Shown here: positions 28,025 to 38,421 of the stretch, one piece after another | How positions within the stretch are numbered: position 1 is the stretch's first letter | How the letters are laid out: each line of letters opens with the position of its first letter | Assembly (NCBI GenBank): GCA_963805085.1 | Contig: CAWDTA010000002.1 | Location: forward strand, 224,001-288,000 | Length of the DNA: 64,000 bases | Source of the DNA: an uncultured Veillonellaceae bacterium | Lineage (GTDB): Bacteria; Bacillota; Negativicutes; JARBTT01 | Reading direction: 5' to 3' | Made by a program: the position numbers and the translations under genes | The notes under the pieces: generated by a model | What the model was told of the DNA's origin: nothing | What the model saw: only the letters and a program-made list of their open reading frames with translations | The model's database searches: none

Positions 28025-31000
28025 CTATTCAAACGGTGTAAATATCCATTTTCCAACCGAATCTCGCACAACTGTACCATAATCTTTCAATGAATTCATT
28101 CCAAATTCAAATTGCTCCTCAAAGCTTTTTGTTGCTAACCAGTCTCTTACTGTTAAACCACCTGCCCAGTATGGTTTTGATGAATACAAACCACTAATGG
28201 CACTATGAACACTATCCTTACCAGATTGCAGCGCAATTATATTTTCTACATTATTTACATCTTCTACTGCAAATCCTGCTCTACTCGCATTCAGTTGTGC
28301 TTGTTCAACTATGTGATGCCATTGATTTCCTACCCCAGGCGATCCAAGATAAGCCTTTAGTTCTTTGAACGTCTTGAAACCAATGCCAACTCCACCAACA
28401 GAGCCTGTTACCCCATCCAGAGAATCTTTAAACTCTTGTTTCTGTCGTTCAACTTCATCTGCTAATTCATGAGCATTACTCGGATCGTCTGGATCAATTC
28501 CATTCCATCTTAAACTGATTTTCGCAAAATCTAAAGTTGAACCATTCTCTGATTGTACACGCCAACTTCTGTATGGGTGGTTCTCCAAATCTTCTTTATT
28601 AATAATGGATTTTCCATTTACAATAATCTGACTTTCAGTATCGTCATAAACAGCGACATTTACACCATAAATTTCTTTCCATTTGAAATAAATGTGTCCT
28701 CCATCAGCTCCTACAATATATTCGTAACCCATTTGGTTACCATCAGTGTCATAGCTTCCATCATCTACCCAGAAAACAGTTCCCGGTTCTATACCATCTG
28801 GCAAATAGTATTCTTTTCCGTCACTACCTACTTTATAGTATCCTCTTCCCTCTCCGTTTTCGTCACCACTTGAGTAGATTATTGAGCCTTCTGTAGTTGG
28901 TCGATGAGCATAATCATTATATAATGTCCCAGTGTATGCCGTTGAACCACCTACTTGACCATTTCCTCCAACTAATTTAGACGCGGTTGCTCCTACTATG
29001 GAACTTGCAATTAAACGTAGATTTGGGTCTTTTATTTTAGCTAATTCTTTCTGTAGAGCTTGCGTTACTCCTGCTCCTACTGCACCTGAAGTAAATCCAT
29101 TTCCTCCAAGTTCAGACATTATTCCGCCTACTACAGTATGTAAGAGAATTTTATATTCTCCGCCTTCTGCCCACTTAGCCTTTTCTTCCTTAGTAGTAGC
29201 TTTTTCCCACTGTTTTTCTGCTAAGTCGCCCACTGCTTTATAAGCTTCTTGCCCAAATAAATTAGCTAATTCTTGTTTTTCTTTAACAGTTTCTTTATCA
29301 AAGATTTTTCCTAATGCATTTAAAGCATTTTCTGTATCCCGATTAAGTTGACTTAAATCTTGTTTAGGATTACTTCTTACTTCTATAGTTCCATTCGAAA
29401 TTGCAGATTTTGTTGTACTATTAGCATCACCAGATACTGGCATAGTTGCATTTCGTGTAACAGGAAGTTTCGAGCCAGCTTGCGTAGAATAGCCCGTACT
29501 ACTTGCGCTATATTTCGCTCTGTTTTCCATATTGGAGAAAGTCAGCGTATCCGTGCTGATCTTATTCTTATCTGGCGTAGCATCGCTCGAAATGACCGCA
29601 CCTTTTAGATCGGTATTTTTGCCTACATTGATATCAAATCCGTCCTTACCTGCAAAGATACCTGCTTGATCTGTTACACTGGCATACGTAGAATCGGTTT
29701 CTCCTTTACTAGAAGAGCCAGTTACGTTTGTAGTCGTCGTGGTTTTATTGATCGGCCCCTGCTGACCAGGTTCTAGAGGTTTTCCTCCTACTTTCTCAGT
29801 ACTAAATCCAAATCCTGTACTTTTGTTATTCGCTGTGTAATTATCTGTGTCCTGCTTACTCTCTATGTTTAGGTCACCTTTGATATCAGCTACTACTTTA
29901 TCTCCTTTTACCTGAGAGCCATCAATGTTAGTGTCTTTACCCGAATTCATTGTTAAGGTACCACTCGCATCAATTACGCTTTCTGTATTTGTGGTAATAT
30001 CTCCATTTTCATTGCCCTTATCGGAGTTGAAGTTGCCAAAATAACTAACACCTTTATCTGCAAGTCCAAGTGAACCTCCTACTGACCAAGACGAGGAGCT
30101 CGTATGACTCGTCGTCTGCTGTTTGTTTTCTGCCGCTTCAATATTGAGATCTTTTTTCGCATCTAGGGTGATATCTACCGCATCAATTTTTGTTCCTTTC
30201 AGGTTCAAGTCGCCGTCAGTGGCTTTAATTTTTACATTGCCACCTGCACTAATGTCAGAGGTATTGACAGTCTCTACATGCTCAGTCTGTTCAGATGATA
30301 TTTTCGTGCTGCCGATGCTGACGCTAACAGCAACGCCTGAGTTCAAGTTTCCCTTGGCATCTTTGATTTTTTCAATATCTTTATAAGCTTGATATTCGTG
30401 AAGCGTTTTAAGCCGTTCGTCTTTTACTTCACCTGCACGATCAATATTGTTTAAGGCGCTCTTTCCAGTATCGACAACACCGCCACCTAAGGATACGCTA
30501 AGTCCTGTTTGTTTGAATTCGTATTTGGTCTGACTATCAACCGTATTGATCGTGTTATCAATGGTAACGTCTTTACCTTTAATGTTTAAATCTTCACCAG
30601 TAACAAATGCCGTACCCGCACTATTTGCCTTATTACCAGCAGTGACAGTTACATTTCCATCAATCGAACCAACCGTACTGCCAACTTGATCTAATGTTTT
30701 TTCATCGGTTGTTGTTTTCGTACTTTGCGTTCCTATGGTAAAGCCTAGCCCGCCACCGCTGAAAAGACCAGATTTTCTGGTATAGGAATAGTGATCATCA
30801 TTTCCTGTTTCTTTGGCGCTGGTAATGTTGACATCATTGGCAGCGCTAAGTGTTACATCCTTTGTTCCAACAACATTACTGCCTTTTACTGTCAAGTCTT
30901 TACCAGAGGAGACAGCTACCTCATCGCCAGAGATAGTGCTGCCTTTCACCTCGTTAATCAACGAATGATCCATTGTATCAGTAGTCTTACTAGAAAAAGC

Positions 31001-34000
31001 TCCCTTATGTTTGGTATGCGTCTGTACTAGGGATTCATGTTTTTCTGTGACTTCTTGTATCGTAAGATCTTTCTCTGCTGTAATGGTTACCTTACTCTTA
31101 TCACTTTCGATGGTACTGCCTGCAATGGTAATATTCCCGCGATTTTCAGCATCAGGTATCGTAGTTCCATCGGGAAGTTTCGATGTAGTTTCTATTTTAA
31201 CTGCTCCGCCACCTTGGAGCGTACTGCCGATAACAGTCTCATCATCCGTTCTGGTTCTCTTCCAACCATGGCGAATTCCAACTTTTTCATCGTGAATTGC
31301 TTCGTCTTTTACCGCGGAAATATTGATATTGCCACCAGCCAGCACTGTGAGATCCTTAGTTGCTGTGATTTGTGCGCCTTGTAAATTTGTATCTTTACCA
31401 GAGGTAATACTTACATTGTTACCTCCATGAATACCGCTAACTACATTGCTTACGTTATCGTCTAGGTAGGATGATTTCTCAAATGAAATGCGTTCTTGTT
31501 CTTTTACACTATCAGATGTAAAGTTGCCGCCTGCAGTGATCGTAACATCTTTTCCCGCAGTGATCTGCGCGCCAGTGTTAGAAATATCGTTTCCTGCTTT
31601 GATAGTCAGATTCTCTCTTGCATTGATACTAGCAATATTACCAGCAGTTGTTTCTGTCATAAATGGCAAGGTTCTAGTAGAGGAGATGGTTTCGTTTTTA
31701 ATATCTCCGTCTGCTATTAGCTGAGTCTGGTCACTATTGATAGAACCACCAATATTAAGGATATTTTTATCCGCAGTTAGCTGTGTGCTCTTGCCGCCAT
31801 CAATGTTGCCGCCATAGTTAGCGATATTTACGGCTTGTATATTTACACTTTCAGTAGCTTTAATCGCACCACCATTCTTGACATCGCCACTGGCAGTAAT
31901 CTGTACATTGTCTGCCGCAATCACTGCACCATTGGCCTTAAGTTCAACATTTTTTGAAGGAGCGAGATACACTTGAGGCACGAGTACTTTCTGTCCATCT
32001 ACTTCTTTTTCTACGAGCCACACGATATCCGAGGTCAACTGCGCCATCTGTTCGGCGGTCAACGCCACGCCAACCTGTAGATTAAATTCTTTTGCATAAG
32101 TTGCGCCATTCGTTAATAGCGCTTTATATTGTTCTTCGGCAGATGAATAACCACTTAAGGTATACCTGCCAGTAAGTTCTGTTACTTGTTCGCGCACCAA
32201 CTTTTGTTCATAAAAACCGTCACCTAGACGTTTTGTTGTCTTATCTGGATCAATATTCAATTTTTGCAGCATATAATCGCTGGAAATAAAATTTTCATAG
32301 CTAGTGAACCGCGAGTCGGTTTCCACCAAACAATGCGCACTTGGTTCTGTATTGATTTTAAACATCGCATTCGATGGAAGGGTAATTTGAGTAGCAACCG
32401 TCTGTTTAGCCGAAGTGGTATTCGTATCCTTAGCTACTGGCAACAAGGTCTGGGTATTTTCAAGGGGAACACTGCTGTTAATTGTCGGGGTATTTACTGG
32501 AGAAGTAGTTACATTGTGAATCGTTGTTCCTTGAATGCTAACTGCTTGACCGCCACCTAAGATAGCTGTTGAACCTGGGAGCTGTTCATATGTGGTATCA
32601 TCATAGCGCTTATCTATATAAGTCCACATACCGTCACCTTCCCTATTGACGGCTTCTGCAAAATGCCGCGTAGTAACGCGATCATATCCTGTTGCAATGT
32701 TGTTGACTATCCCTACTGCACTTAGAGTGCCACCAGCTAAAATCGAGCTATTATCATTGATAACATTATCAGTTTTGAATTTTATATTATTGACGGAAAT
32801 AATTTTTCCTTCTGGTGAGTCCTTGATAATTTTTGTTTCTGTTACTGTTTGCCCTAAGAGATATGTTGCATGCTCCACACTCTTTGACACACTTCTATCA
32901 TCGTTAACCTCAACTTCAATATACTCAGTCCATTCTGATCCTGGTATTATATACGTTTTAGGCCAACCCCAGAATTTATCCTTATCACCTACGCTGATAT
33001 ACGTCTCATTCGACACAACTTGCTGTCCCGTCACAAATTCTCGTTTCTTATTCGTCAACGTATTTGCACTGATATTGATATCTTTCTCTGCCTCTATTGT
33101 CGCTGATTGATTCAGTACCGTATTCGTTTTATCTATATATTCGCCATTGCTATCCTTTTTTGAACTGCCAGCAATATTTATATTGCCACTGCTATAAAAC
33201 GAAGCACCGTCTTTATTTTCCAGCGATGTCTTGGCATAAATATCTGCTTCTTTTGTTGTCGCAATGACTGCTTTATCACCGTTATTCTGCACCGTATCTG
33301 CTGTCACGGTCAATGTATCACCAAAGACTGCACCGGTATTGGTGATATTTTTTCCAGATAGATTAACATCACTGCTCTGCACAGTGCCACTATTCGTCAC
33401 ATCACCAGCAACACTAATATTTAATTTCGTTCCACCTTTAAGTGTTGCACCAGCGCCATTATTAACATTAGCTGCCGAAACAGTAAGATTGCGCACAGCG
33501 GACATACTACCATCGTTATGAAGATTCGCTACATTAAAATTCAGATCTCTGTTCGCCGTAATACTGGTTCCAGCTCCATAGGTAAAGTCGCCATTCAGGT
33601 TGAAGTTGATATCCTGTCCAGAGGAGATAGCACCTGCACCAAATAGAGTATTACTTGTTAAATTAATATCGCGATTCGCCATCAAATTGCCGCCAGCAAT
33701 ATTAAACGAAGCTGCATTTACTAAGAGATTTTCTCCTGCGCTCATGCTACCCTGCGAAGTTGTTATCATAGAGGTTGCTGCTGTTTTTCCGATATTAACA
33801 TCCTGTTCAGCCGTAATCTTACCATTGGTATTATCTAGGCTATCTGAAATATTTGCATTGATATCTTTTTTCGCAAGTACCTTGCCTGTGTTATTCACGA
33901 GCGAAGATGCTGTCAAGTTCACATCGCCATTGCCGCCGATCGTCCCCGCGGTATTATCCATGGTTTGCAACGCATTCATAACCAAGCCACTATTGTCTAG

Positions 34001-35881
34001 ATTGGTCATGCTACCATTTTGGTTAGCAATGTTCTGCGCAGTAACGGTAAGGTTTTTACCTGCTTGCACTACGCCTTGCTGATTGCTCAAATTGTTTTGT
34101 GCATTAATTTTAAGATTGCCGCCAGCAGCCATCGTTCCTTGGTCATTGACTACGCTTGCACTGTTACTATTCATATCCTGTTGAGCAATCATAGTTCCGC
34201 TTGTATTATTTATATCCGCAGCGGTGATGTCCAATTGCCCATTCGTCGTCACTTTACCGCTATTGTTCGTCATCCCGTTCGTAGTGTTTATGGTGAGTTT
34301 TCCACTACCAGCGTGAAGGATTTGCCCTTGTGTATTGTCTATAGAATCAGCCTTCATGGTTACGGATGATCCATTGGTTGTAACTATACCACCAGTATTA
34401 TCTATACTATTCGCAGCCGTCAAAGTAGCTTCACCTGTACCGGACTGTTGCATACTTCCGCCACGGTTACTAATGTTTTGTGCCGTAATGGTAACTGCAT
34501 TTGCCGTAATTTGCCCAGCAGTACCATTTGTATTTTTGTCATTTTTTATAGTTTGGGCAGCCTTTATCGACAGCGCCCCATCGTTTTGCAAAGTAGCTCC
34601 AGTATTGTTAATATCGCCTGCAGTTGCAGTGAGATTGACATTCCCGTCAGCCGTGGTCTTGGCTCCTGACAGGTCAATTGCTGTGCCTTGCACGGACAGA
34701 TTGCCTCCTGCAATATTATTGCCATTCAGCGTAGCAGTTTCTGCTGTGAGGATGGAAAGATTTCCAGTTTCTTTTAGTGTATTATCACTGCTAATTCCAG
34801 CACCGAGATTTCCTGTAGAAAGTAGCGATTTGGCTACGATTACATTGTTGCCCCCAGAGATAACACTCCCCGTATTATTGATTTGCCCTTGGCCGTTTAA
34901 ATTGATATTCTTCTCAGCGCTGACCGTTCCACTCAGATCCATATCATTTTGTGCAGCTAAGTTGATATCTTCTTTGGCAACGGTATTGCCTGTGAGCTTT
35001 ATTTTTCCGGCAGAACTGATTTCTATATTGTTTTGCGCGGAAAGGTCTCCCCCCAGATTTACACCTACACCGGCATCGGTCCCGATTAACTTGATTTTAT
35101 TGGCATACATACCGCCTAGTGCGCCTACATCAACAGCGACTAGCTCTTGCGGCTGATCAGTTGCTATTTTTTGTGTAGCTAAGGTGTTATGGTCAATTGT
35201 ATTGCTACCTGCGATTACATTGAGATTTTTTGCCCAAATACCTGCATTGACTTCAATTGCTTTACTTAACAGGTCTACTTGATCGGTTTGTCTGGCATCT
35301 AAACCAGCTCCTTGAATCTGTATTTGACCCCTATTTACGTTGAAGGCTTCTAAGCTGCCATCACCGCCAAAGATAGGTTTTCCAGTTGTAAGGATTGCTC
35401 GATTTGCATTGATAAAGCCAAAACCGTCTCCATAAATACCATTGGGGTTGGCGATGATGATTTCGGCATTGCTTCCTGCAACTTCACTGTATCCTTTTAA
35501 ATAGCTGGGATTGGTACTGGTTACTTCATTTAAGATAATCCTAGCCGTTCCGTTTGCTAAGTTTGGGTTTCCTAGGATATAGCCAGCTAGCTGGGTTTTA
35601 CTTATGCCTTGGGAATTGTTAAAAATAAGGCCGATTTTATCGACATTGAATTGTTGATAGTAGTTGTGAGATACCCCTGCGTTAGAGGGCTTAGCAATAT
35701 CTACAATTGGTACACCATTTTGAGCAGTTTGCACTGTCGGCTGATTTTTGCTGGCATTTTTATCGATGATTACTTCCGCTGATACCAGTATTGGCTGCAA
35801 TGTAAAAGTGATTGCTGTGAGTAGGGCAATCACTTTTTTTCTAAAGATTTTCGCTTTATTCTTCGTCATTTGCATTATCAT
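28025..35881 (-). CDS. cdiA: Filamentous haemagglutinin-like TpsA exoprotein with C-terminal nuclease toxin
   Basis: Signal peptide, TPS domain (NPNL, ILNEV, ANPNGI), FHA repeats, LGDGFYEQKLV/SDIVWLV region, TLYN pre-toxin motif, C-terminal WHHIVEQ..N..H HNH-like domain. Confidence 0.92.
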   Translation of the reverse strand: MIMQMTKNKAKIFRKKVIALLTAITFTLQPILVSAEVIIDKNASKNQPTVQTAQNGVPIVDIAKPSNAGVSHNYYQQFNVDKIGLIFNNSQGISKTQLAGYILGNPNLANGTARIILNEVTSTNPSYLKGYSEVAGSNAEIIIANPNGIYGDGFGFINANRAILTTGKPIFGGDGSLEAFNVNRGQIQIQGAGLDARQTDQVDLLSKAIEVNAGIWAKNLNVIAGSNTIDHNTLATQKIATDQPQELVAVDVGALGGMYANKIKLIGTDAGVGVNLGGDLSAQNNIEISSAGKIKLTGNTVAKEDINLAAQNDMDLSGTVSAEKNINLNGQGQINNTGSVISGGNNVIVAKSLLSTGNLGAGISSDNTLKETGNLSILTAETATLNGNNIAGGNLSVQGTAIDLSGAKTTADGNVNLTATAGDINNTGATLQNDGALSIKAAQTIKNDKNTNGTAGQITANAVTITAQNISNRGGSMQQSGTGEATLTAANSIDNTGGIVTTNGSSVTMKADSIDNTQGQILHAGSGKLTINTTNGMTNNSGKVTTNGQLDITAADINNTSGTMIAQQDMNSNSASVVNDQGTMAAGGNLKINAQNNLSNQQGVVQAGKNLTVTAQNIANQNGSMTNLDNSGLVMNALQTMDNTAGTIGGNGDVNLTASSLVNNTGKVLAKKDINANISDSLDNTNGKITAEQDVNIGKTAATSMITTSQGSMSAGENLLVNAASFNIAGGNLMANRDINLTSNTLFGAGAISSGQDINFNLNGDFTYGAGTSITANRDLNFNVANLHNDGSMSAVRNLTVSAANVNNGAGATLKGGTKLNISVAGDVTNSGTVQSSDVNLSGKNITNTGAVFGDTLTVTADTVQNNGDKAVIATTKEADIYAKTSLENKDGASFYSSGNINIAGSSKKDSNGEYIDKTNTVLNQSATIEAEKDINISANTLTNKKREFVTGQQVVSNETYISVGDKDKFWGWPKTYIIPGSEWTEYIEVEVNDDRSVSKSVEHATYLLGQTVTETKIIKDSPEGKIISVNNIKFKTDNVINDNSSILAGGTLSAVGIVNNIATGYDRVTTRHFAEAVNREGDGMWTYIDKRYDDTTYEQLPGSTAILGGGQAVSIQGTTIHNVTTSPVNTPTINSSVPLENTQTLLPVAKDTNTTSAKQTVATQITLPSNAMFKINTEPSAHCLVETDSRFTSYENFISSDYMLQKLNIDPDKTTKRLGDGFYEQKLVREQVTELTGRYTLSGYSSAEEQYKALLTNGATYAKEFNLQVGVALTAEQMAQLTSDIVWLVEKEVDGQKVLVPQVYLAPSKNVELKANGAVIAADNVQITASGDVKNGGAIKATESVNIQAVNIANYGGNIDGGKSTQLTADKNILNIGGSINSDQTQLIADGDIKNETISSTRTLPFMTETTAGNIASINARENLTIKAGNDISNTGAQITAGKDVTITAGGNFTSDSVKEQERISFEKSSYLDDNVSNVVSGIHGGNNVSITSGKDTNLQGAQITATKDLTVLAGGNINISAVKDEAIHDEKVGIRHGWKRTRTDDETVIGSTLQGGGAVKIETTSKLPDGTTIPDAENRGNITIAGSTIESDKSKVTITAEKDLTIQEVTEKHESLVQTHTKHKGAFSSKTTDTMDHSLINEVKGSTISGDEVAVSSGKDLTVKGSNVVGTKDVTLSAANDVNITSAKETGNDDHYSYTRKSGLFSGGGLGFTIGTQSTKTTTDEKTLDQVGSTVGSIDGNVTVTAGNKANSAGTAFVTGEDLNIKGKDVTIDNTINTVDSQTKYEFKQTGLSVSLGGGVVDTGKSALNNIDRAGEVKDERLKTLHEYQAYKDIEKIKDAKGNLNSGVAVSVSIGSTKISSEQTEHVETVNTSDISAGGNVKIKATDGDLNLKGTKIDAVDITLDAKKDLNIEAAENKQQTTSHTSSSSWSVGGSLGLADKGVSYFGNFNSDKGNENGDITTNTESVIDASGTLTMNSGKDTNIDGSQVKGDKVVADIKGDLNIESKQDTDNYTANNKSTGFGFSTEKVGGKPLEPGQQGPINKTTTTTNVTGSSSKGETDSTYASVTDQAGIFAGKDGFDINVGKNTDLKGAVISSDATPDKNKISTDTLTFSNMENRAKYSASSTGYSTQAGSKLPVTRNATMPVSGDANSTTKSAISNGTIEVRSNPKQDLSQLNRDTENALNALGKIFDKETVKEKQELANLFGQEAYKAVGDLAEKQWEKATTKEEKAKWAEGGEYKILLHTVVGGIMSELGGNGFTSGAVGAGVTQALQKELAKIKDPNLRLIASSIVGATASKLVGGNGQVGGSTAYTGTLYNDYAHRPTTEGSIIYSSGDENGEGRGYYKVGSDGKEYYLPDGIEPGTVFWVDDGSYDTDGNQMGYEYIVGADGGHIYFKWKEIYGVNVAVYDDTESQIIVNGKSIINKEDLENHPYRSWRVQSENGSTLDFAKISLRWNGIDPDDPSNAHELADEVERQKQEFKDSLDGVTGSVGGVGIGFKTFKELKAYLGSPGVGNQWHHIVEQAQLNASRAGFAVEDVNNVENIIALQSGKDSVHSAISGLYSSKPYWAGGLTVRDWLATKSFEEQFEFGMNSLKDYGTVVRDSVGKWIFTPFE

Positions 35882-35920
35882 TTCTTCTCCTCCATGAGTC
35901 CCTATTCTCCTGTTAAACCA

Positions 35921-37639
35921 TTAATACTGATAAGTTATTTGAAAACCAAAAGCTTGATTTGCCGTTTTAAAATTTGTTGGTTTTTTGATCGGCCAACCAG
36001 TAAATACATCATAGCTTACTTTGCCTAGGCTTCCTCTAAAGCCCACTGCAGAACCGATCAAGGTTTGCCCGACTAAGGCTTTTGCACTTGGCCCTGATAC
36101 ATGTCCATAATCTAAGCCGATGTACATTTCATGACCTGGTTCTGTCGGTATAGAAAATTCATTTCGTAGATAGATGCCGTTTTCAGCCGTCAACGTTTCT
36201 TCGCCATCAAAGCCTCTAACGGTATATCTATTACCAATGCTGAATTGATCTGTAGTAAACAAAGTGTTATTGGTATATTGTCCTCTGATATTTAAGCTAT
36301 AGCGTCCTTGACTATTGCCAAATTTCATCGGTGTTGTCAGAGTGGTGTCTACTGTCCATATTCGATATTTTGTTGTTGGTTCATCTTGCGCTGCATTTTC
36401 TGTTAATACAGAGTTAAACCAGGGAACAGCCCATTGATAGTCAAGCTCATAGTCAAGCACTGTTTTTCCATAATATTGACGGTGATAAAGGCCAAGTGTA
36501 CTTGAGGTTATCTCTCTTTTATTGTTTAATTCTGTATCTTCTATATAGCTTCTACTGATTTTTTTATTTATCGCCCAGGATAGCTGTGTTTTACTGGTTT
36601 GATTACGCTCAATGATTTTTTGTACTTTGAAGTTAACGTTTTTATTCTCACCTGAATATTTAAATCCTTGATTATATTGCGTTACCGTTTGATGGTAATC
36701 ATTTTGACTCGCCCCTACTGAAAGTGTCCAATATCCATAGGGTATCGAATAGTAAATACTTTTTCCATCGGTTCCTTTTTTATTGCCTTGATGGACAAGA
36801 TCATTATTAATGGATGCATAAAAAAGATCATTATCATTGAATAGGTTATCTATCGATAAATTTGTTGACATTTGAATTTTTCCGGTATCTTTACTACCTG
36901 AGTCGTCGGTTGAGAGCGTTAGTCGCCATGGTTTATCTCGTTTGATGCTAATCACGATATCGCTTTGTCCGATCTTTCTACCTGGGCGTATCTTTATATC
37001 AGCATCTTGCGATGGTACACGTTTGAATTGTTCTAAGCCTTGTTCGATATCTCTAATATTCAGTAAATCTCCTGGTTTTATTGGCAATGCATTATCCCAT
37101 CTGGCAGTTGCCTTGGGATCTTCAAAAACAATCTGTTCAACAAAACCTGGAATGAGTTGTAGTGTCAATACGCCTTTAGAAATATCTTGTTCGGGAATGG
37201 TTATTCTGGTGGTCACATAACCTTTGGCAATAATGGCATTACTGGCTTGTTTTACAAGGATATTGATTCCCTCTTTACCGATCTTTCTGCCTTGATATTT
37301 TTGCAGAAGCTCTTGTACCCAGTGAAATTTTTCACTTTTTTCGCCAATGAGCTTTATTTCTGTTATGGTAAAAGAAACTTTTTCTTCGGGTAATTCTAAA
37401 GTTTCTTCTTTATTTTCAGCTTTATTTAAAAATACATCGGTTTGTTCCTGCTTATTTTGCCTTTCGCGCGCAATTTGTTGATTTCGTTCTCTTAGTTCTT
37501 GCTGATCATTAGGGGGAGGTGTTTGCGCATTAGGAGGCGGTGGCAGTGGTTGAGCAAACCCATTGCCCAATTGCAGCATGAAAACAGCAGCAACGACGAT
37601 AGTACTAAACTTTCTGAGATAATATTTGTTTTTTTGCAT
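35921..37639 (-). CDS. cdiB: TpsB outer-membrane transporter (ShlB/FhaC/HecB family)
   Basis: POTRA domains (GYVTTR, LNIRDIEQGLEQ), DDSGSKDTG, IGNRYTVRGFDG, terminal aromatic residue. Confidence 0.93.
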   Translation of the reverse strand: MQKNKYYLRKFSTIVVAAVFMLQLGNGFAQPLPPPPNAQTPPPNDQQELRERNQQIARERQNKQEQTDVFLNKAENKEETLELPEEKVSFTITEIKLIGEKSEKFHWVQELLQKYQGRKIGKEGINILVKQASNAIIAKGYVTTRITIPEQDISKGVLTLQLIPGFVEQIVFEDPKATARWDNALPIKPGDLLNIRDIEQGLEQFKRVPSQDADIKIRPGRKIGQSDIVISIKRDKPWRLTLSTDDSGSKDTGKIQMSTNLSIDNLFNDNDLFYASINNDLVHQGNKKGTDGKSIYYSIPYGYWTLSVGASQNDYHQTVTQYNQGFKYSGENKNVNFKVQKIIERNQTSKTQLSWAINKKISRSYIEDTELNNKREITSSTLGLYHRQYYGKTVLDYELDYQWAVPWFNSVLTENAAQDEPTTKYRIWTVDTTLTTPMKFGNSQGRYSLNIRGQYTNNTLFTTDQFSIGNRYTVRGFDGEETLTAENGIYLRNEFSIPTEPGHEMYIGLDYGHVSGPSAKALVGQTLIGSAVGFRGSLGKVSYDVFTGWPIKKPTNFKTANQAFGFQITYQY

Positions 37640-37833
37640 AGCGACTCCATTCATTCTAACTTATTTATTTTCATAATCCTTTACAATAAATGCAAAACTT
37701 TACTTAATTGACACAGTTCTAAACTATTTTCCATTTTCCTGCTATTATTAAACTGTTTTACAAAATTAGCACTTTAGTCCCATTGATTGTATTTGTAAAA
37801 AAAACTGACATCGTATCAAAACGATGCCAGTTT

Positions 37834-38077
37834 CAGGCTGTCGACAAAACAAAACATTTATATCGATGATTTAGAAAATATCTAAATCCGTTCCACTTAT
37901 AAACTAGTACGAAGATAGGCTGCCGGTTGGTGAGAAGTACTCAGATGCTAGGCACAGTAAGAGACTCTGAAGGAGTCGTACTTTTGTACGTCGACGAGCA
38001 GTACCTTGCTGTAACGACGCAGATGAGTGCTTATCGCCGACCCGCGGCCTGTCTGTCCATAGTTTGTCTACAAGCTG
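37834..38077. mobile_element. Non-autonomous MITE (copy 2, long form) with a 32-bp target duplication
   Basis: Ends CAGGCTGTCGACAAA / TTTGTCTACAAGCTG; direct repeats AAACTGACATC(G/A)TATCAAAACGATGCCAGTTT at 37802-37833 and 38078-38109. Confidence 0.85.
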
Positions 38078-38260
38078 AAACTGACATCATATCAAAACGA
38101 TGCCAGTTTACTGTAATTTGATTATACTTTACGATATTTTAATTTTTACCCGTTAGACCTAGAACGAGCTATACTTTAAAATTATATGGTTTTATTTTCA
38201 ATGACAAAAGGAAAAATTCCAAATGATATGCCCCCTAAAGGTAGACCCGATTATGAAAAT

Positions 38261-38389
38261 GGTACCATGTTCGGTTCCGATGGATCGGACTTTCAACGCA
38301 TAAACATTACCTGCCCACGCACTACCCTTGAACAGGCACTACAAAAACTAGAGACAGCTGTTATAAAAAGGAGCCCGATTTCGAAATGA
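38261..38389 (+). pseudogene. Displaced 3' end of patB (right island boundary)
   Basis: GTMFGSDGSDFQRINITCPRTTLEQALQKLETAV matches the PatB C-terminus at 22745-22846 (27/34 aa and 77/102 nt by manual count). Confidence 0.85.
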
Positions 38390-38421
38390 ATGAGGTGCCC
38401 CCTATAAGTTATCCTTATGGA

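Noticed and set aside
28553-35156. Many plus-strand ORFs up to 273 aa inside cdiA
   Set aside because: Antisense shadows of the repetitive haemagglutinin coding sequence, with no recognisable motifs
37927-38121. 64-aa ORF (also 12775-12990)
   Set aside because: Lies in or starts within MITE sequence; chance frames
22860-38260. Integrase or prophage genes explaining the island
   Set aside because: No tyrosine/serine recombinase or phage structural ORF was recognisable in the interval
38186-38389. 67-aa ORF as a real gene
   Set aside because: Chimera of unrelated upstream sequence and the displaced patB tail
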